Notes: generated by a model not told the origin, from the sequence alone. 64,000 nucleotides of DNA from Candidatus Korobacteraceae bacterium (GCA_049522855.1 JBEKNL010000016.1:3312-67311), one strand, 5' to 3'; counted from the first letter of the stretch, positions 37,410 through 47,321 are shown. Program-made: numbers and translations.

Positions 37410-38237
37410 ATGATTCGGACCTCTCCTGTATTGCTACTGGCGTTGTTTCTGGCCGTGGCGCTGGTAGCTGCGGCGCAGCAGCAGGGGCCGTCCAGCAACC
37501 CGCCAGCAAGCGCAGCCCCGGACGATGCCGTAGCCAATCCTGCCAGACCCACCGTCTCCACCCCCGCAACCCTCACGCCAGTCGGCTATTTTCAATTTGA
37601 AACCGGAGTTCTGGCGGCGTGGAACTCTCCAGGGTTGTCGTCGCAGGAGAATCTTACCGAAGTCATAAAATTGTCCGTGTCGCGCTGGCTTGAATTGTTA
37701 GCCGGGGCAGAGCCCTTTGCGCATTCCCACGCTTCCGATGGACCCACGAATGCGTCCGGCGACGTGGTGTTGGGAGTCCAGGGAATTGTCCATCACGGGG
37801 AGGGCGCTAATCCGACGATTGCGATGAGTTACTTTGGCCGGGTTTACGTCGGAGATGCACCTGGCCTCGACATCGACAGCTTTCGAAACTCAGCCATTCT
37901 GCTGGTCAGCGCGGATGTGAAGGGTTTCCACTACGACACCAATTATCTCTTCAACGAAGTGGTCAACGGCGCGGTCCGCCGGGCCGAGTTTGGGCAGACG
38001 CTCTCGGTGTCACACTCGCTGGGGAAGAAATTTGGAATCTCCGGAGAGTTATGGCATTTCACGCAGCCTTTCCTGCGCAGCAATACCGTCGGCAACTTGT
38101 GGGCGCTGAACTACAATGTGCGGAAAAATCTTGTGCTCGATGGCGGTTTCAATCGTGGGCTAACCAGTACGTCCACGCGGTGGGAAGCGTTTACCGGATT
38201 CACCTACCTGCTGCCGCACAAAGTCAGTCTGCACTGA
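37410..38237 (+). CDS. predicted outer-membrane beta-barrel protein (transporter-like, unassigned family)
   Basis: Signal peptide MIRTSPVLLLALFLAVALVAAAQ and an alternating amphipathic strand pattern with aromatic strand ends (GFTYLLP). Confidence 0.5.
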   Translation: MIRTSPVLLLALFLAVALVAAAQQQGPSSNPPASAAPDDAVANPARPTVSTPATLTPVGYFQFETGVLAAWNSPGLSSQENLTEVIKLSVSRWLELLAGAEPFAHSHASDGPTNASGDVVLGVQGIVHHGEGANPTIAMSYFGRVYVGDAPGLDIDSFRNSAILLVSADVKGFHYDTNYLFNEVVNGAVRRAEFGQTLSVSHSLGKKFGISGELWHFTQPFLRSNTVGNLWALNYNVRKNLVLDGGFNRGLTSTSTRWEAFTGFTYLLPHKVSLH

Positions 38238-38338
38238 TGGCCCTATCCACTGCCCACCCCGGCGGTTTAAGATCATTAGTTTCGCTTTCTAAGAACCTGC
38301 GCCCAGTCATCGCTCCTCTAATAAGAAGGGACTCATCC

Positions 38339-41095
38339 ATGAACAGTTTTAGCAGTCGTTCCGTCCTCCGCGTGGGCAAGCGGGAATTCGAAATCTACCG
38401 TCTTGACGCGCTGGAAAAGCAGGGTTGCTCTGTTGGCCACCTGCCTTACTCGCTTCGCATTCTGCTGGAGAACCTGCTCCGCCGCGAAGACGGCAAGACG
38501 GTGAAGGCCGACGACGTGCGCGCGCTCGCCTCCTGGACGGGCAAGACCGTCCCGGTGCAGGAGATTGCGTTCATGCCCAGCCGCGTGCTTTTGCAGGATT
38601 TCACCGGTGTGCCCGCGGTGGTTGATCTGGCCGCGATGCGCGATGCCATGAAGGCTCTGGGCGGCGATCCCAAGCTGATCAATCCGCTGCAACCGGCGGA
38701 ACTGGTAATCGACCACTCGGTGCAGGTGGATGAGTTCGGCACCCCGCAGGCGTTTCAGCTCAACGCCGAACTGGAATTCCAGCGCAACAAAGAGCGCTAC
38801 GCCTTCCTGCGCTGGGGACAGACCGCGTTCAAGAACTTCGCCATTGTGCCGCCCGACACCGGCATCGTTCACCAGATCAACCTCGAATACCTGGCGCGCG
38901 TCGTCTTTGTCGGAGCGAATGGCGAGTCAGGCAAGCCGCTGGCTTATCCCGATACGCTGGTTGGCACCGACTCGCATACCACGATGATCAATGGTCTCGG
39001 CGTTCTCGGCTGGGGCGTCGGAGGAATCGAGGCCGAGGCCGCGATGCTGGGGCAGTCGGTCTCCATGCTGATCCCGCAAGTCATCGGCGTGCGCCTGAAG
39101 AACCAATTGCGCGAAGGCTCGACCGCAACCGATCTCGTCCTCACTGTGACCGAGATGCTGCGCAAGAAAGGTGTCGTCGGCAAGTTCGTGGAGTTCTTCG
39201 GCCCCGGCCTGCACAATCTGCCGCTCGCCGATCGCGCCACCATCGCCAACATGTCACCCGAATACGGCGCGACCTGCGGCATCTTCCCGGTGGACGAAGA
39301 GACGCTACGCTATCTCCGCCTCAGCGGACGCACTGCGGAGCACGTCAGCATCGTCGAGGCCTACTTCAAGGAGCAGGGACTGTTCCACACTGCCGACACG
39401 CCTGAGGCGGAATACACCGACGTGCTGGATTTCGACCTGGCAACGGTTGAGCCCAGCATCGCCGGCCCGAAGCGTCCACAAGACCGCATAGCGCTGTCGT
39501 CGGCTGCGAAATCATTCGATCAGGCGTTGCCCAGTTTGCTGAAGCCAGGCCAGCAGGTCCCCCCCAAGCAGGTTGCCCGCTGGGAAGGTGAAGGCGGACA
39601 TCCGGCCGGAATGGACTCGCAGGCAGACGTTGTGGAAGAGCACGTCGTGCTGAACCAGGCGCTCACCCACGGCAGCGTCGTGATCGCCGCCATTACCAGT
39701 TGCACCAACACTTCGAATCCGTCGGTGCTGGTCGCGGCGGGATTGCTGGCGAAGAAGGCTGTCGAGAAAGGGCTGTCAGTGCCGTCCTGGGTTAAGACCT
39801 CGCTCGCGCCCGGATCGATGGTGGTGACGGATTACCTCACGCGTTCCGGGTTGATGCCCTACCTCGAAAAGCTGAAGTTCCACCTCGTCGGCTACGGTTG
39901 CACGACGTGCATTGGCAACTCAGGCCCGCTGCCGCAGGAAGTGTCGAATGTCATCGCGGAGAAAGACCTGGTAGTGGCGTCGGTGCTCAGCGGCAATCGC
40001 AACTTCGAAGGGCGTATCAACTCCGAGGTTCGCGCCAACTATTTGATGTCGCCGCCGCTGGTGGTGGCGTTCGCGCTCGCCGGCCGCGCCGACATCGACA
40101 TGTACAACGAGCCGCTCGGCTACAGCCGCAACGGCAAACGCACAGCGGTTTACCTGAAGGACATCTGGCCCACATCGAAGGAAGTAAACGATGTGCTCGC
40201 GAAGTACGTCACCGGCGACATGTTCCAAAATGCCTACAGCAAAGTTTTCGAAGGCGATGAACGCTGGCGCAGTCTGCATGTGCCCGAGGGAGAGACCTTC
40301 GCGTGGCAGGACAGCTCGACCTACGTGAAGAATCCTCCCTACTTCGACAACATGCCGAAGACGCCTGCGCCGGTGAAGGACATTTCCGGCGCGCGCGTGC
40401 TCTGCTATCTGGGGAACAGCGTCACCACCGATCACATCTCACCCGCCGGCTCCATCAAGCCCAACAGCCCGGCGGGACAGTACCTTATCGCGCACGGCGT
40501 CACGGTGGGCGACTTCAACTCCTACGGATCGCGTCGCGGCAATCACGAAGTCATGATGCGCGGCACCTTCGCCAATGTGCGTCTGCGCAACAGGCTCACG
40601 CCCGAGCGCGAGGGCGCGTACACCCGTCACCTGCCGGATGGGAAAGAGATGTTCATCTTCGAGGCGTCGGAGAAATACCGCGCCGACGGCATTCCGCTGA
40701 TGATACTTGCGGGCAAGGAGTACGGCTCAGGTTCTTCGCGCGACTGGGCGGCGAAGGGGCCAAGATTGCTCGGCGTGCGCGCGGTGCTGGCCGAGAGTTT
40801 CGAACGCATCCATCGCTCCAACCTGGTGGGCATGGGCATCCTGCCGCTGCAGTATCTCGACGATGAGACGGCTGAGACTAACGGCCTGACCGGCGAAGAG
40901 TCGTTCGACATCGTCGGATTGACCGATGTGCTGAAGAACTTCGCGCCCGGCAAGACCGTGAAGGTGCGCGCCACCAAGAACGACGGCACGACGACCGAGT
41001 TCGATGCCACGGTGCGCATTGATACGCCGCAGGAAGTGCAGTACTACCAGCACGGCGGAATTTTGCAGTACGTGCTGAGGCAACTGCTGCAGTAG
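38339..41095 (+). CDS. acnA: aconitate hydratase A
   Basis: 918 aa from ATG 38339 (MNSFSSRSVLRVGKREFEIYRL), with Fe-S ligand contexts CTNTSNP and GCTTCIGNSG. The track ORF start 38051 is an upstream extension overlapping the previous gene. Confidence 0.95.
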   Translation: MNSFSSRSVLRVGKREFEIYRLDALEKQGCSVGHLPYSLRILLENLLRREDGKTVKADDVRALASWTGKTVPVQEIAFMPSRVLLQDFTGVPAVVDLAAMRDAMKALGGDPKLINPLQPAELVIDHSVQVDEFGTPQAFQLNAELEFQRNKERYAFLRWGQTAFKNFAIVPPDTGIVHQINLEYLARVVFVGANGESGKPLAYPDTLVGTDSHTTMINGLGVLGWGVGGIEAEAAMLGQSVSMLIPQVIGVRLKNQLREGSTATDLVLTVTEMLRKKGVVGKFVEFFGPGLHNLPLADRATIANMSPEYGATCGIFPVDEETLRYLRLSGRTAEHVSIVEAYFKEQGLFHTADTPEAEYTDVLDFDLATVEPSIAGPKRPQDRIALSSAAKSFDQALPSLLKPGQQVPPKQVARWEGEGGHPAGMDSQADVVEEHVVLNQALTHGSVVIAAITSCTNTSNPSVLVAAGLLAKKAVEKGLSVPSWVKTSLAPGSMVVTDYLTRSGLMPYLEKLKFHLVGYGCTTCIGNSGPLPQEVSNVIAEKDLVVASVLSGNRNFEGRINSEVRANYLMSPPLVVAFALAGRADIDMYNEPLGYSRNGKRTAVYLKDIWPTSKEVNDVLAKYVTGDMFQNAYSKVFEGDERWRSLHVPEGETFAWQDSSTYVKNPPYFDNMPKTPAPVKDISGARVLCYLGNSVTTDHISPAGSIKPNSPAGQYLIAHGVTVGDFNSYGSRRGNHEVMMRGTFANVRLRNRLTPEREGAYTRHLPDGKEMFIFEASEKYRADGIPLMILAGKEYGSGSSRDWAAKGPRLLGVRAVLAESFERIHRSNLVGMGILPLQYLDDETAETNGLTGEESFDIVGLTDVLKNFAPGKTVKVRATKNDGTTTEFDATVRIDTPQEVQYYQHGGILQYVLRQLLQ

Positions 41096-41098
41096 AAA

Positions 41099-41138
41099 GC
41101 TGTCGGCCCTCAGCTATCAGCTGTCAGCCATCAGTTCC
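41099..41138. repeat. single periodic arm (cagc/tcag units), no matching right arm found
   Basis: gctgtcggccctcagctatcagctgtcagccatcagttcc lies immediately after the acnA stop. Confidence 0.45.
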
Positions 41139-41144
41139 TTCATG

Positions 41145-41203
41145 CTGTCATCCCGAGCGGAGCCGCCAGGTTTTGGCGGCATAGTCGAGGGACCTGCTTT
41201 TGC
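41145..41203. repeat. gtcatcc(c)gag / tcgagggacc element with a gccgcca-ggttt-tggcggc hairpin core
   Basis: ctgtcatcccgagcggagccgccaggttttggcggcatagtcgagggacctgcttttgc. Confidence 0.65.
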
Positions 41204-41250
41204 GGGCGCCCTAACTCCTTAAGGGTGTGAATGGCCGACCTAGCACACCC

Positions 41251-41532
41251 CTAAGCGAATTCGAGCCGCTTCAGCTTGATGCGGTCGGCGCGGACCTGGG
41301 CAAGGTCGTAATGTGCTTGCTGCGTAAGCCAGGTTTCGGCGCTGCCGCCGAAGACCTTGGACAGGCGTACGGCCATCTCGGGAGAAATCCCCCGCTTCTG
41401 GTTGACCAGTTCTGACAGCGTGGTGCGCGTGACGCCAAGGGCCGCCGCCGCTTGGGTGATGGTCAAGCCCAAAGGCTCTATACACTGGCGCAACACAAAG
41501 CCGCCGGGGTGCGGGGGGTTCTTCATCGGCAT
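41251..41532 (-). CDS. higA: HigA-family antitoxin (XRE HTH)
   Basis: [77 protein letters not shown] is the classic HigA pattern. AGGAGG lies upstream of ATG 41532. Confidence 0.88.
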   Translation of the reverse strand: MPMKNPPHPGGFVLRQCIEPLGLTITQAAAALGVTRTTLSELVNQKRGISPEMAVRLSKVFGGSAETWLTQQAHYDLAQVRADRIKLKRLEFA

Positions 41533-41545
41533 GGTTCGGCCTCCT

Positions 41546-41700
41546 TCAATGGTAATCGACATAATCAACCTCCAGCGCGCGACCTTCACCACAACTTTTC
41601 CTTTAGGGATGGTATTCTCGATATTCCTTACCGCGGCATTGAAAACTCACAGGAATTTGACCAACTCTTGTCGCGCGGTCGTGTTTTTATATTGTGATTC
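41546..41700 (-). pseudogene. higB: decayed higB toxin remnant
   Basis: One frame ends ...[14 protein letters not shown] (TGA 41548-41546), the typical HigB C-terminus, directly before the higA SD. Upstream, another frame reads [26 protein letters not shown] with an in-frame TGA (41649-41647). There is no start codon and about 20 core residues are missing. Confidence 0.5.
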
Positions 41701-41729
41701 CGAAAACCGAACGTGGGGTGGAAGGGGCA

Positions 41730-42821
41730 GTGAAGAAACTTCTAATCTCGATGTTGCTGCTGGGCGGGCTCATCCATCCGCTGCTGGCGCACGCCGGTGC
41801 GGCATTGCTGGTAGAAGAGCCGTATGGCAAGTTCGGCAGCGGCGTTCCCACGGGACACGCTGCCATCTACCTGCCCCAGGTCTGCGCCACCACGCCCACC
41901 GAGTTGCGGCGCTGCAACCCCGGAGAACTGGGGGTGGTCATCAGCCGGTATCACCACGTCGCCGGCCGCGACTGGCTGGCCATACCGGTCATTCCATATC
42001 TCTACGCGGTGGATCGCATTGAAGATGTACCGGCCTCCGCCAGCGAGGAAACAGTGCGTTCGCTGCGGGATGAATACCGGCGCGCCCACCTGCGGAACCT
42101 CGTCCCCGACGCTCCCGATGGCGGCATACCGAACGGGGATTGGACGCAGTTGGTGGGCAGCTCCTATGACCGGCAAATCTATGCCTACTATTTTGCGACC
42201 ACACAGGCCCAGGATGACAAGCTCATCGCCATTCTTAACTCCAGAAACAACCGGGCCCACTTCAATTTGTTCTTCCACAATTGCGCCGACTTCTCACGCA
42301 AGATCGTCAACTTCTATCATCCCGGGGCCACGCGCAGGAGTCTCAGCGCGGACTTGGGAATCACCACTCCCAAGCAACTGGCCAAGTCGCTGGCGAAATA
42401 CGGCAAGAATCACGAGCGGCTGGATCTGACAACCGCCGTGATTGCGCAGGTCCCTGGAAGCGTGGAGCGCAGCCATACGCCGCGCGGCGTGGTCGAGTCA
42501 CTCTTAAAAACCAAGAAGTACGCCATCCCTCTGGCGCCCGTGGCGGTTGTGCATCCCTTCTTCGCTGCCGGCGTAGTGGTTACGTACTTTTTCTCTGGAC
42601 GTTTTGGACCCCCGAAATCGGCCGAGGTACTGAGCGATCCCGAGCAAGTGCAACTGCTGGCTCAACGCTACTCGGGAGCGGGAGCGGAAGCTCGTGACGG
42701 GCCGGAAATAGCGCTGGGAACAGGGATCCCCGTAGAGCAGCTCCAGAGTGGCTGTATCCAGGGTAGAGTAGGCCTTCAGGCGCGGCGCGTAAGCTGTTTT
42801 GTGAATACTCCGGAGCCTTAG
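41730..42821 (+). CDS. hypothetical secreted protein
   Basis: Signal peptide VKKLLISMLLLGGLIHPLLAHA from GTG 41730 (the track starts at 41694). Contains ...FNLFFHNCADFSRKIV... The 3-prime end may be over-extended. Confidence 0.5.
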   Translation: MKKLLISMLLLGGLIHPLLAHAGAALLVEEPYGKFGSGVPTGHAAIYLPQVCATTPTELRRCNPGELGVVISRYHHVAGRDWLAIPVIPYLYAVDRIEDVPASASEETVRSLRDEYRRAHLRNLVPDAPDGGIPNGDWTQLVGSSYDRQIYAYYFATTQAQDDKLIAILNSRNNRAHFNLFFHNCADFSRKIVNFYHPGATRRSLSADLGITTPKQLAKSLAKYGKNHERLDLTTAVIAQVPGSVERSHTPRGVVESLLKTKKYAIPLAPVAVVHPFFAAGVVVTYFFSGRFGPPKSAEVLSDPEQVQLLAQRYSGAGAEARDGPEIALGTGIPVEQLQSGCIQGRVGLQARRVSCFVNTPEP

Positions 42822-42978
42822 GGGACTTGTGTCAACCGGACGCGACCAGTTCGCCAGGCCACTTGCTACCGCCTGCTTTCGTTGACATCGAGGCTGAAGC
42901 TCTGTTAGTTTCAATAGTTCCACTTGTAGCCTTAGCGCCCTCATTGCGTCTTCAGCATTAGGCATTCACGAATCAGGA

Positions 42979-43452
42979 ATGGACCAGACTCTCAAACAGG
43001 TAGGCGAATTACTGCTCGGAGCCGTCCCGACGGCGGTCCTGCTCCTGCTGCTCTATGCCATCTACAGCACATTGCTCCACAAGCCGCTGAAGCGCGCGCT
43101 GGACGAGCGTCGCGAGCGCACCGAGGGGGCCTTCCTGAAAGCACGCGCCGATATAGCAGCCGCCGAAGCCAGCACCCAGGAGTACGAGCAGCGCTTGCGG
43201 GAGGCGCGCCTGGCCATCTTCAAAGCCCAGGAAGCCCGCCGCCAGCAGGCCCAGCAAGCTCGTGCCGACGCGGTTCTGCAAGCACGCACCCGGGCCCAGC
43301 AACAGGTCCGCGAAGCGCGCGCCGCCATGGAGCAGGACATGGCTGCAGCGCGAGGAGGATTGCAAGCGGAAACCGAGCGACTGGCGGCAGAGATCATCCG
43401 CACGATTCTGCGGCCTGCGGGAATGGCTCCCGTGGCAGGCGGTCAAGCGTGA
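42979..43452 (+). CDS. F-type ATP synthase subunit b-type paralog (b')
   Basis: One N-terminal TM helix (LLLGAVPTAVLLLLLYAIY), then a long Ala/Arg/Glu-rich helix. First gene of the atp cluster. Confidence 0.8.
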   Translation: MDQTLKQVGELLLGAVPTAVLLLLLYAIYSTLLHKPLKRALDERRERTEGAFLKARADIAAAEASTQEYEQRLREARLAIFKAQEARRQQAQQARADAVLQARTRAQQQVREARAAMEQDMAAARGGLQAETERLAAEIIRTILRPAGMAPVAGGQA

Positions 43453-44150
43453 GTACCACTCGAATCGGCCGTCTGGCCCTCATTGCCCTTCTGGCCTGTT
43501 CCCTCGGTAATGTTTGGGCGCAAGATTCGGGTCATCCAAAGGCCGAACCCAGTGACGCCTCGGCCGCCTCAAGCTCCCCAGATCCTAATGGCGCGGTGGC
43601 CAAGATTCTGGCGGGGGTTTCCGAGCGGGCCGCTTCCACGTCGGAGAAGTGGGGACGCAAGGTGGGTTTAGGCCACGACACCTCCTTCGCAATAGGAATC
43701 GCTTTCAATTTTGCGATCATCGCATTCCTCTTCTATCTGCTCGTGAAATCCAAGGTGCTGCAACTGTTCCGCGATCGCACCCTAGCCATTCAGAAGGGCA
43801 TACGCGAGGCGCAGGCCGCAAGTGCCGAAGCGGCGCGGCGTTTGAGCGATATTGAAGTCTGCCTGGCGAAGCTGGACACCGAGGTTGCGGAGATTCGGGC
43901 GTCGGCCGAAAACGAGGCGGCGACCGAAGAACAGCGCATCCTCCAGGCCGCCGAGGAAGACAAGCGCAAAGTATTGGAGTCGGTGGAGACCGAGATCGGC
44001 GCCATCGCGCGCAATGCCCGCCGCGAATTGAAGACCTACGCTGCCACTCTGGCGGTTGATCTGGCATCGCGCAAGATTAAAGTGGACGACACCACCGATC
44101 AGGCGTTGCTGCGTGAGTTCGTGGGCCAACTGGGAAAGGACGGCAAGTAA
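43449..44150 (+). CDS. atpF: F-type ATP synthase subunit b with a ~75-aa N-terminal extension
   Basis: GTGA overlap with the previous gene. TM helix IAFNFAIIAFLFYLLV, then a b-type coiled helix. The extra N-terminus is signal-peptide-like (LALIALLACSLGNVWAQ). Confidence 0.8.
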   Translation: MSTTRIGRLALIALLACSLGNVWAQDSGHPKAEPSDASAASSSPDPNGAVAKILAGVSERAASTSEKWGRKVGLGHDTSFAIGIAFNFAIIAFLFYLLVKSKVLQLFRDRTLAIQKGIREAQAASAEAARRLSDIEVCLAKLDTEVAEIRASAENEAATEEQRILQAAEEDKRKVLESVETEIGAIARNARRELKTYAATLAVDLASRKIKVDDTTDQALLREFVGQLGKDGK

Positions 44151-44152
44151 GT

Positions 44153-44692
44153 ATGGCCGCCATTGCCAGCCGATACGCCCGCGCCCTGGTAGAGGTTGTC
44201 CTCGAGCAGAAGATTGGCCCCGACATCGTCCGGCAGCAACTGAATGCCATCGTGGATGCGGTCCACGAAAGCGCAGACCTGCGCCGCGTGTGGGAATCGC
44301 CAGCCGTCTCGGCGGAGCAGAAACGGGCAGTCCTGGATGCCCTGGTTGGGCAGATTGGCGCGGCCAAGCCGGTCCGCAATTTCATCGCGATCCTCATCGA
44401 TCACCGGCGTATTGCGATGTTGGATGACGTGGCCAAACAGTTTGACAGTGAATTGAACGCCCAGTTGGGATTGGCGGAAGCGGAAATCTCCAGCTCCCGC
44501 CCGCTCTCCGCGGACGGGCAGCGCCAGTTGGAATCGCAGTTGGAGCGTTTGACCGGCAAGAAAGTGCGCGCCCACTACTCCTCGGATCCCGAGCTTCTGG
44601 GCGGAGTTGTGGTTCGCGTGGGCAGCACGATTTACGACGGCTCGGTGCGCGGGCAACTGGAGAAGATGAAGCAGGATCTCATTACCGCGTAA
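44153..44692 (+). CDS. atpH: F-type ATP synthase subunit delta (OSCP)
   Basis: MAAIASRYARALVEV... OSCP-type N-terminus, correct position and size. Confidence 0.9.
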   Translation: MAAIASRYARALVEVVLEQKIGPDIVRQQLNAIVDAVHESADLRRVWESPAVSAEQKRAVLDALVGQIGAAKPVRNFIAILIDHRRIAMLDDVAKQFDSELNAQLGLAEAEISSSRPLSADGQRQLESQLERLTGKKVRAHYSSDPELLGGVVVRVGSTIYDGSVRGQLEKMKQDLITA

Positions 44693-44734
44693 TCGCGGTT
44701 CATAAAATTTATTAGCAATACTGGAACGAATTCT

Positions 44735-46276
44735 ATGGCGCAGATCAAAGCAGACGAGATCACGAAACTCATCCGCGAGCAGATCGACAACTACGAAACC
44801 AAGATCGCCGTCGATGAAGTCGGCACCGTGATGTCCATTGGCGACGGCATTGCCCGCGTGTATGGGCTCGACAAGGTCATGGCCGGCGAACTTCTCTCCT
44901 TCCCCCACAATGTTGCGGGCCTGGCCATGAACCTGGAAGAAGACCAGGTTGGCGTGGTGCTGCTGGGCGAATATACGGCGGTGGAAGAGGGCGACGAAGT
45001 CAAGCGCACCGGCCGCATCATGAGTGTGCCGGTGGGCGATGCCATGATTGGCCGCGTGGTCAACGGGCTCGGCGTGCCCATCGACGATAAAGGTCCCGTC
45101 AATACCGACAAGTACATTCCGGTTGAGCGTCTGGCGCCCGGCGTGATCGACCGTCGGCCGGTGAAAGAGCCGATGGCCACCGGGCTGAAGGCCATCGACT
45201 CGATGATTCCCATCGGGCGCGGTCAGCGCGAACTTATTATCGGCGATCGCCAGACCGGCAAGACCGCGGTCGCACTCGACACCATCATCAACAGCAAGGG
45301 CCGCGACCTGATCTGTATCTACTGCGCCATCGGTCAGAAGCGTTCCTCGGTCGCGCACGTGGTAAAGACGCTGGAAGATTTCGGGGCGATGGAATACACC
45401 ATCGTGGTTTCGGCGTCGGCCTCCGATCCCGCTCCCATGCAGTACATCGCCCCCTACGCCGCCTGCGCCATCGGTGAGTACTTCCGCGACAACGGAAAGC
45501 ACGCGCTGTGCATTTACGACGATCTGTCGAAGCACGCTGTGGCCTATCGCGAAATCTCGCTGCTGCTGCGCCGTCCGCCCGGACGCGAAGCTTATCCCGG
45601 CGACGTGTTCTATCTCCACTCGCGTCTGCTGGAGCGCGCCGCAAAGCTCAACGACGAGCTCGGCGGCGGTTCCCTGACCGCTCTGCCCATCATCGAGACC
45701 CAGGCGGGCGATGTTTCCGCCTACATTCCGACGAACGTCATCTCCATCACCGACGGCCAGATTTATCTGGAGACCGACCTGTTCAACTCCGGCGTACGCC
45801 CGGCTGTGAACGTCGGCTTGTCGGTCAGCCGCGTCGGCGGCAACGCGCAGATCAAGGCCATGCGGCAGGTTGCCGGCACCTTGCGATTGGACCTGGCACA
45901 ATACCGCGAACTGGCGGCGTTCTCGCAGTTCGGCAGCGACCTCGACAAGGCAACGCAAGCGCAGCTCGCCCGTGGAGGCCGTCTGACCGAGCTCCTGAAG
46001 CAGGGCCAGTATCAGCCCCTGCCGTTCTCCAAGCAGATTCTCATCATCTATGCCGGGACCCAGGGCCTGCTCGACGACATGCCAGTCGATCAATTGGGCG
46101 AGTTCGAAAAGGGTCTGTACAACTACGTCGATACCACAAATCCTGGCGTGCTGAAGTCCATCGAGGACAAGAAGATCCTCGATGACGATCTGCGCGCCGC
46201 CCTGACCAAGGTCATCAAGGAATTCAAGGAGCGTTTTGCCAGCGAGAGGCAGGCTGTAGCGAAGGCGAGCGCCTAA
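44735..46276 (+). CDS. atpA: F-type ATP synthase subunit alpha
   Basis: Walker A GDRQTGKT and 513 aa. Confidence 0.97.
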   Translation: MAQIKADEITKLIREQIDNYETKIAVDEVGTVMSIGDGIARVYGLDKVMAGELLSFPHNVAGLAMNLEEDQVGVVLLGEYTAVEEGDEVKRTGRIMSVPVGDAMIGRVVNGLGVPIDDKGPVNTDKYIPVERLAPGVIDRRPVKEPMATGLKAIDSMIPIGRGQRELIIGDRQTGKTAVALDTIINSKGRDLICIYCAIGQKRSSVAHVVKTLEDFGAMEYTIVVSASASDPAPMQYIAPYAACAIGEYFRDNGKHALCIYDDLSKHAVAYREISLLLRRPPGREAYPGDVFYLHSRLLERAAKLNDELGGGSLTALPIIETQAGDVSAYIPTNVISITDGQIYLETDLFNSGVRPAVNVGLSVSRVGGNAQIKAMRQVAGTLRLDLAQYRELAAFSQFGSDLDKATQAQLARGGRLTELLKQGQYQPLPFSKQILIIYAGTQGLLDDMPVDQLGEFEKGLYNYVDTTNPGVLKSIEDKKILDDDLRAALTKVIKEFKERFASERQAVAKASA

Positions 46277-46282
46277 GACCAC

Positions 46283-47320
46283 ATGGCGAACATACGCGAC
46301 ATTCGGCGGCGCATCCGCAGCGTGAAGAACACGCGCCAGATCACCAAGGCCATGAAAATGGTTTCGGCGGCCAAGCTGCGTCGCGCCCAGGAACGCGCCC
46401 TGGCATCTCGTCCCTACGCGCAGATGCTGGTCAACGTGCTGACCTCGGCGATGGACCGCGCCGACGTGATCGATCCCGTTACCGGCTTGCCCAAGCATCC
46501 GCTGCTGGCGGTCCGTCCCGAGAACAACATTCTGCTGGTGCTGGTGACCGGCGATCGCGGACTGGCAGGCGCGTTCAACTCCAACGTCCTGAAAGTAGTA
46601 ACCAAGTTCCTGCAATTTTTTTCCGACAAGAACGTTGACATTCTGGCGGTCGGCCGCAAAGGGCGCGACTTCCTGCGTCGGCGCTATCCCGTAGGCAAGC
46701 CCGGCGAGCCGGAACGCGCCGGGCAGACACAAGTTGTCGGCGAACACCTGAACCTGCTGGCCAAGGTGGGGTACGAATCGGTGGATGAGATCGCGCAACG
46801 CATCGCCAAGGCCTACGTGGAGGAACAGATCGACTCGGTCTATGTCATTTTTAACGAGTTCAAGTCGGTGATCTCGCAGCGGCTGATCGCGCAGCGGATT
46901 CTGCCGGTGCAGGAGATCGGACGTCGCGAAGTTGCCCTGACGGAAGACTTCTCCCTGGAACAACGCGAGCGTATGGGAGAGGCGGCCCGCGCGGCGGGAA
47001 TCAGCCTGGAAGAACCGGGTACCACCGAGGCGGAGCGGGAAGCCGCGAAGTTCGGCGCCGCCCCCGTGGACTACATCTACGAGCAGCCCGCGGAGGAGTT
47101 GTTCGCCGACATCCTGCCGCGCTACGTGGCCATGGAGCTTTTCCAGGGACTGCTGGAATCGGTGGCTGCCGAACATGCGGCCCGCATGACGGCGATGGAT
47201 TCGGCGACCAACAACGCCAATGACGTGATCGATTCCCTGACGCTGACCATGAACCGGGCGCGCCAGGCCGCGATCACCAAAGAGATTATCGAGATTGTGA
47301 GCGGCGCAGCAGCGTTGTAG
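46283..47320 (+). CDS. atpG: F-type ATP synthase subunit gamma (long form, ~45-aa insertion)
   Basis: MANIRDIRRRIRSVKNTRQITKAMKMVSAAKLRRAQ N-terminus and ...ITKEIIEIVSGAAAL C-terminus. Confidence 0.95.
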   Translation: MANIRDIRRRIRSVKNTRQITKAMKMVSAAKLRRAQERALASRPYAQMLVNVLTSAMDRADVIDPVTGLPKHPLLAVRPENNILLVLVTGDRGLAGAFNSNVLKVVTKFLQFFSDKNVDILAVGRKGRDFLRRRYPVGKPGEPERAGQTQVVGEHLNLLAKVGYESVDEIAQRIAKAYVEEQIDSVYVIFNEFKSVISQRLIAQRILPVQEIGRREVALTEDFSLEQRERMGEAARAAGISLEEPGTTEAEREAAKFGAAPVDYIYEQPAEELFADILPRYVAMELFQGLLESVAAEHAARMTAMDSATNNANDVIDSLTLTMNRARQAAITKEIIEIVSGAAAL

Positions 47321-47321
47321 G

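Noticed and set aside
44099-47176. 1025-codon ORF on the minus strand spanning atpH, atpA and atpG
   Set aside because: It is exactly codon-aligned antisense to three genes that share one frame. An antisense stop in this register needs a sense TTA, CTA or TCA codon, which this GC-rich genome avoids. The translation is low-complexity (Arg/Gly/Ala/Leu-rich) with no motif. The sense genes have unmistakable ATP synthase signatures.
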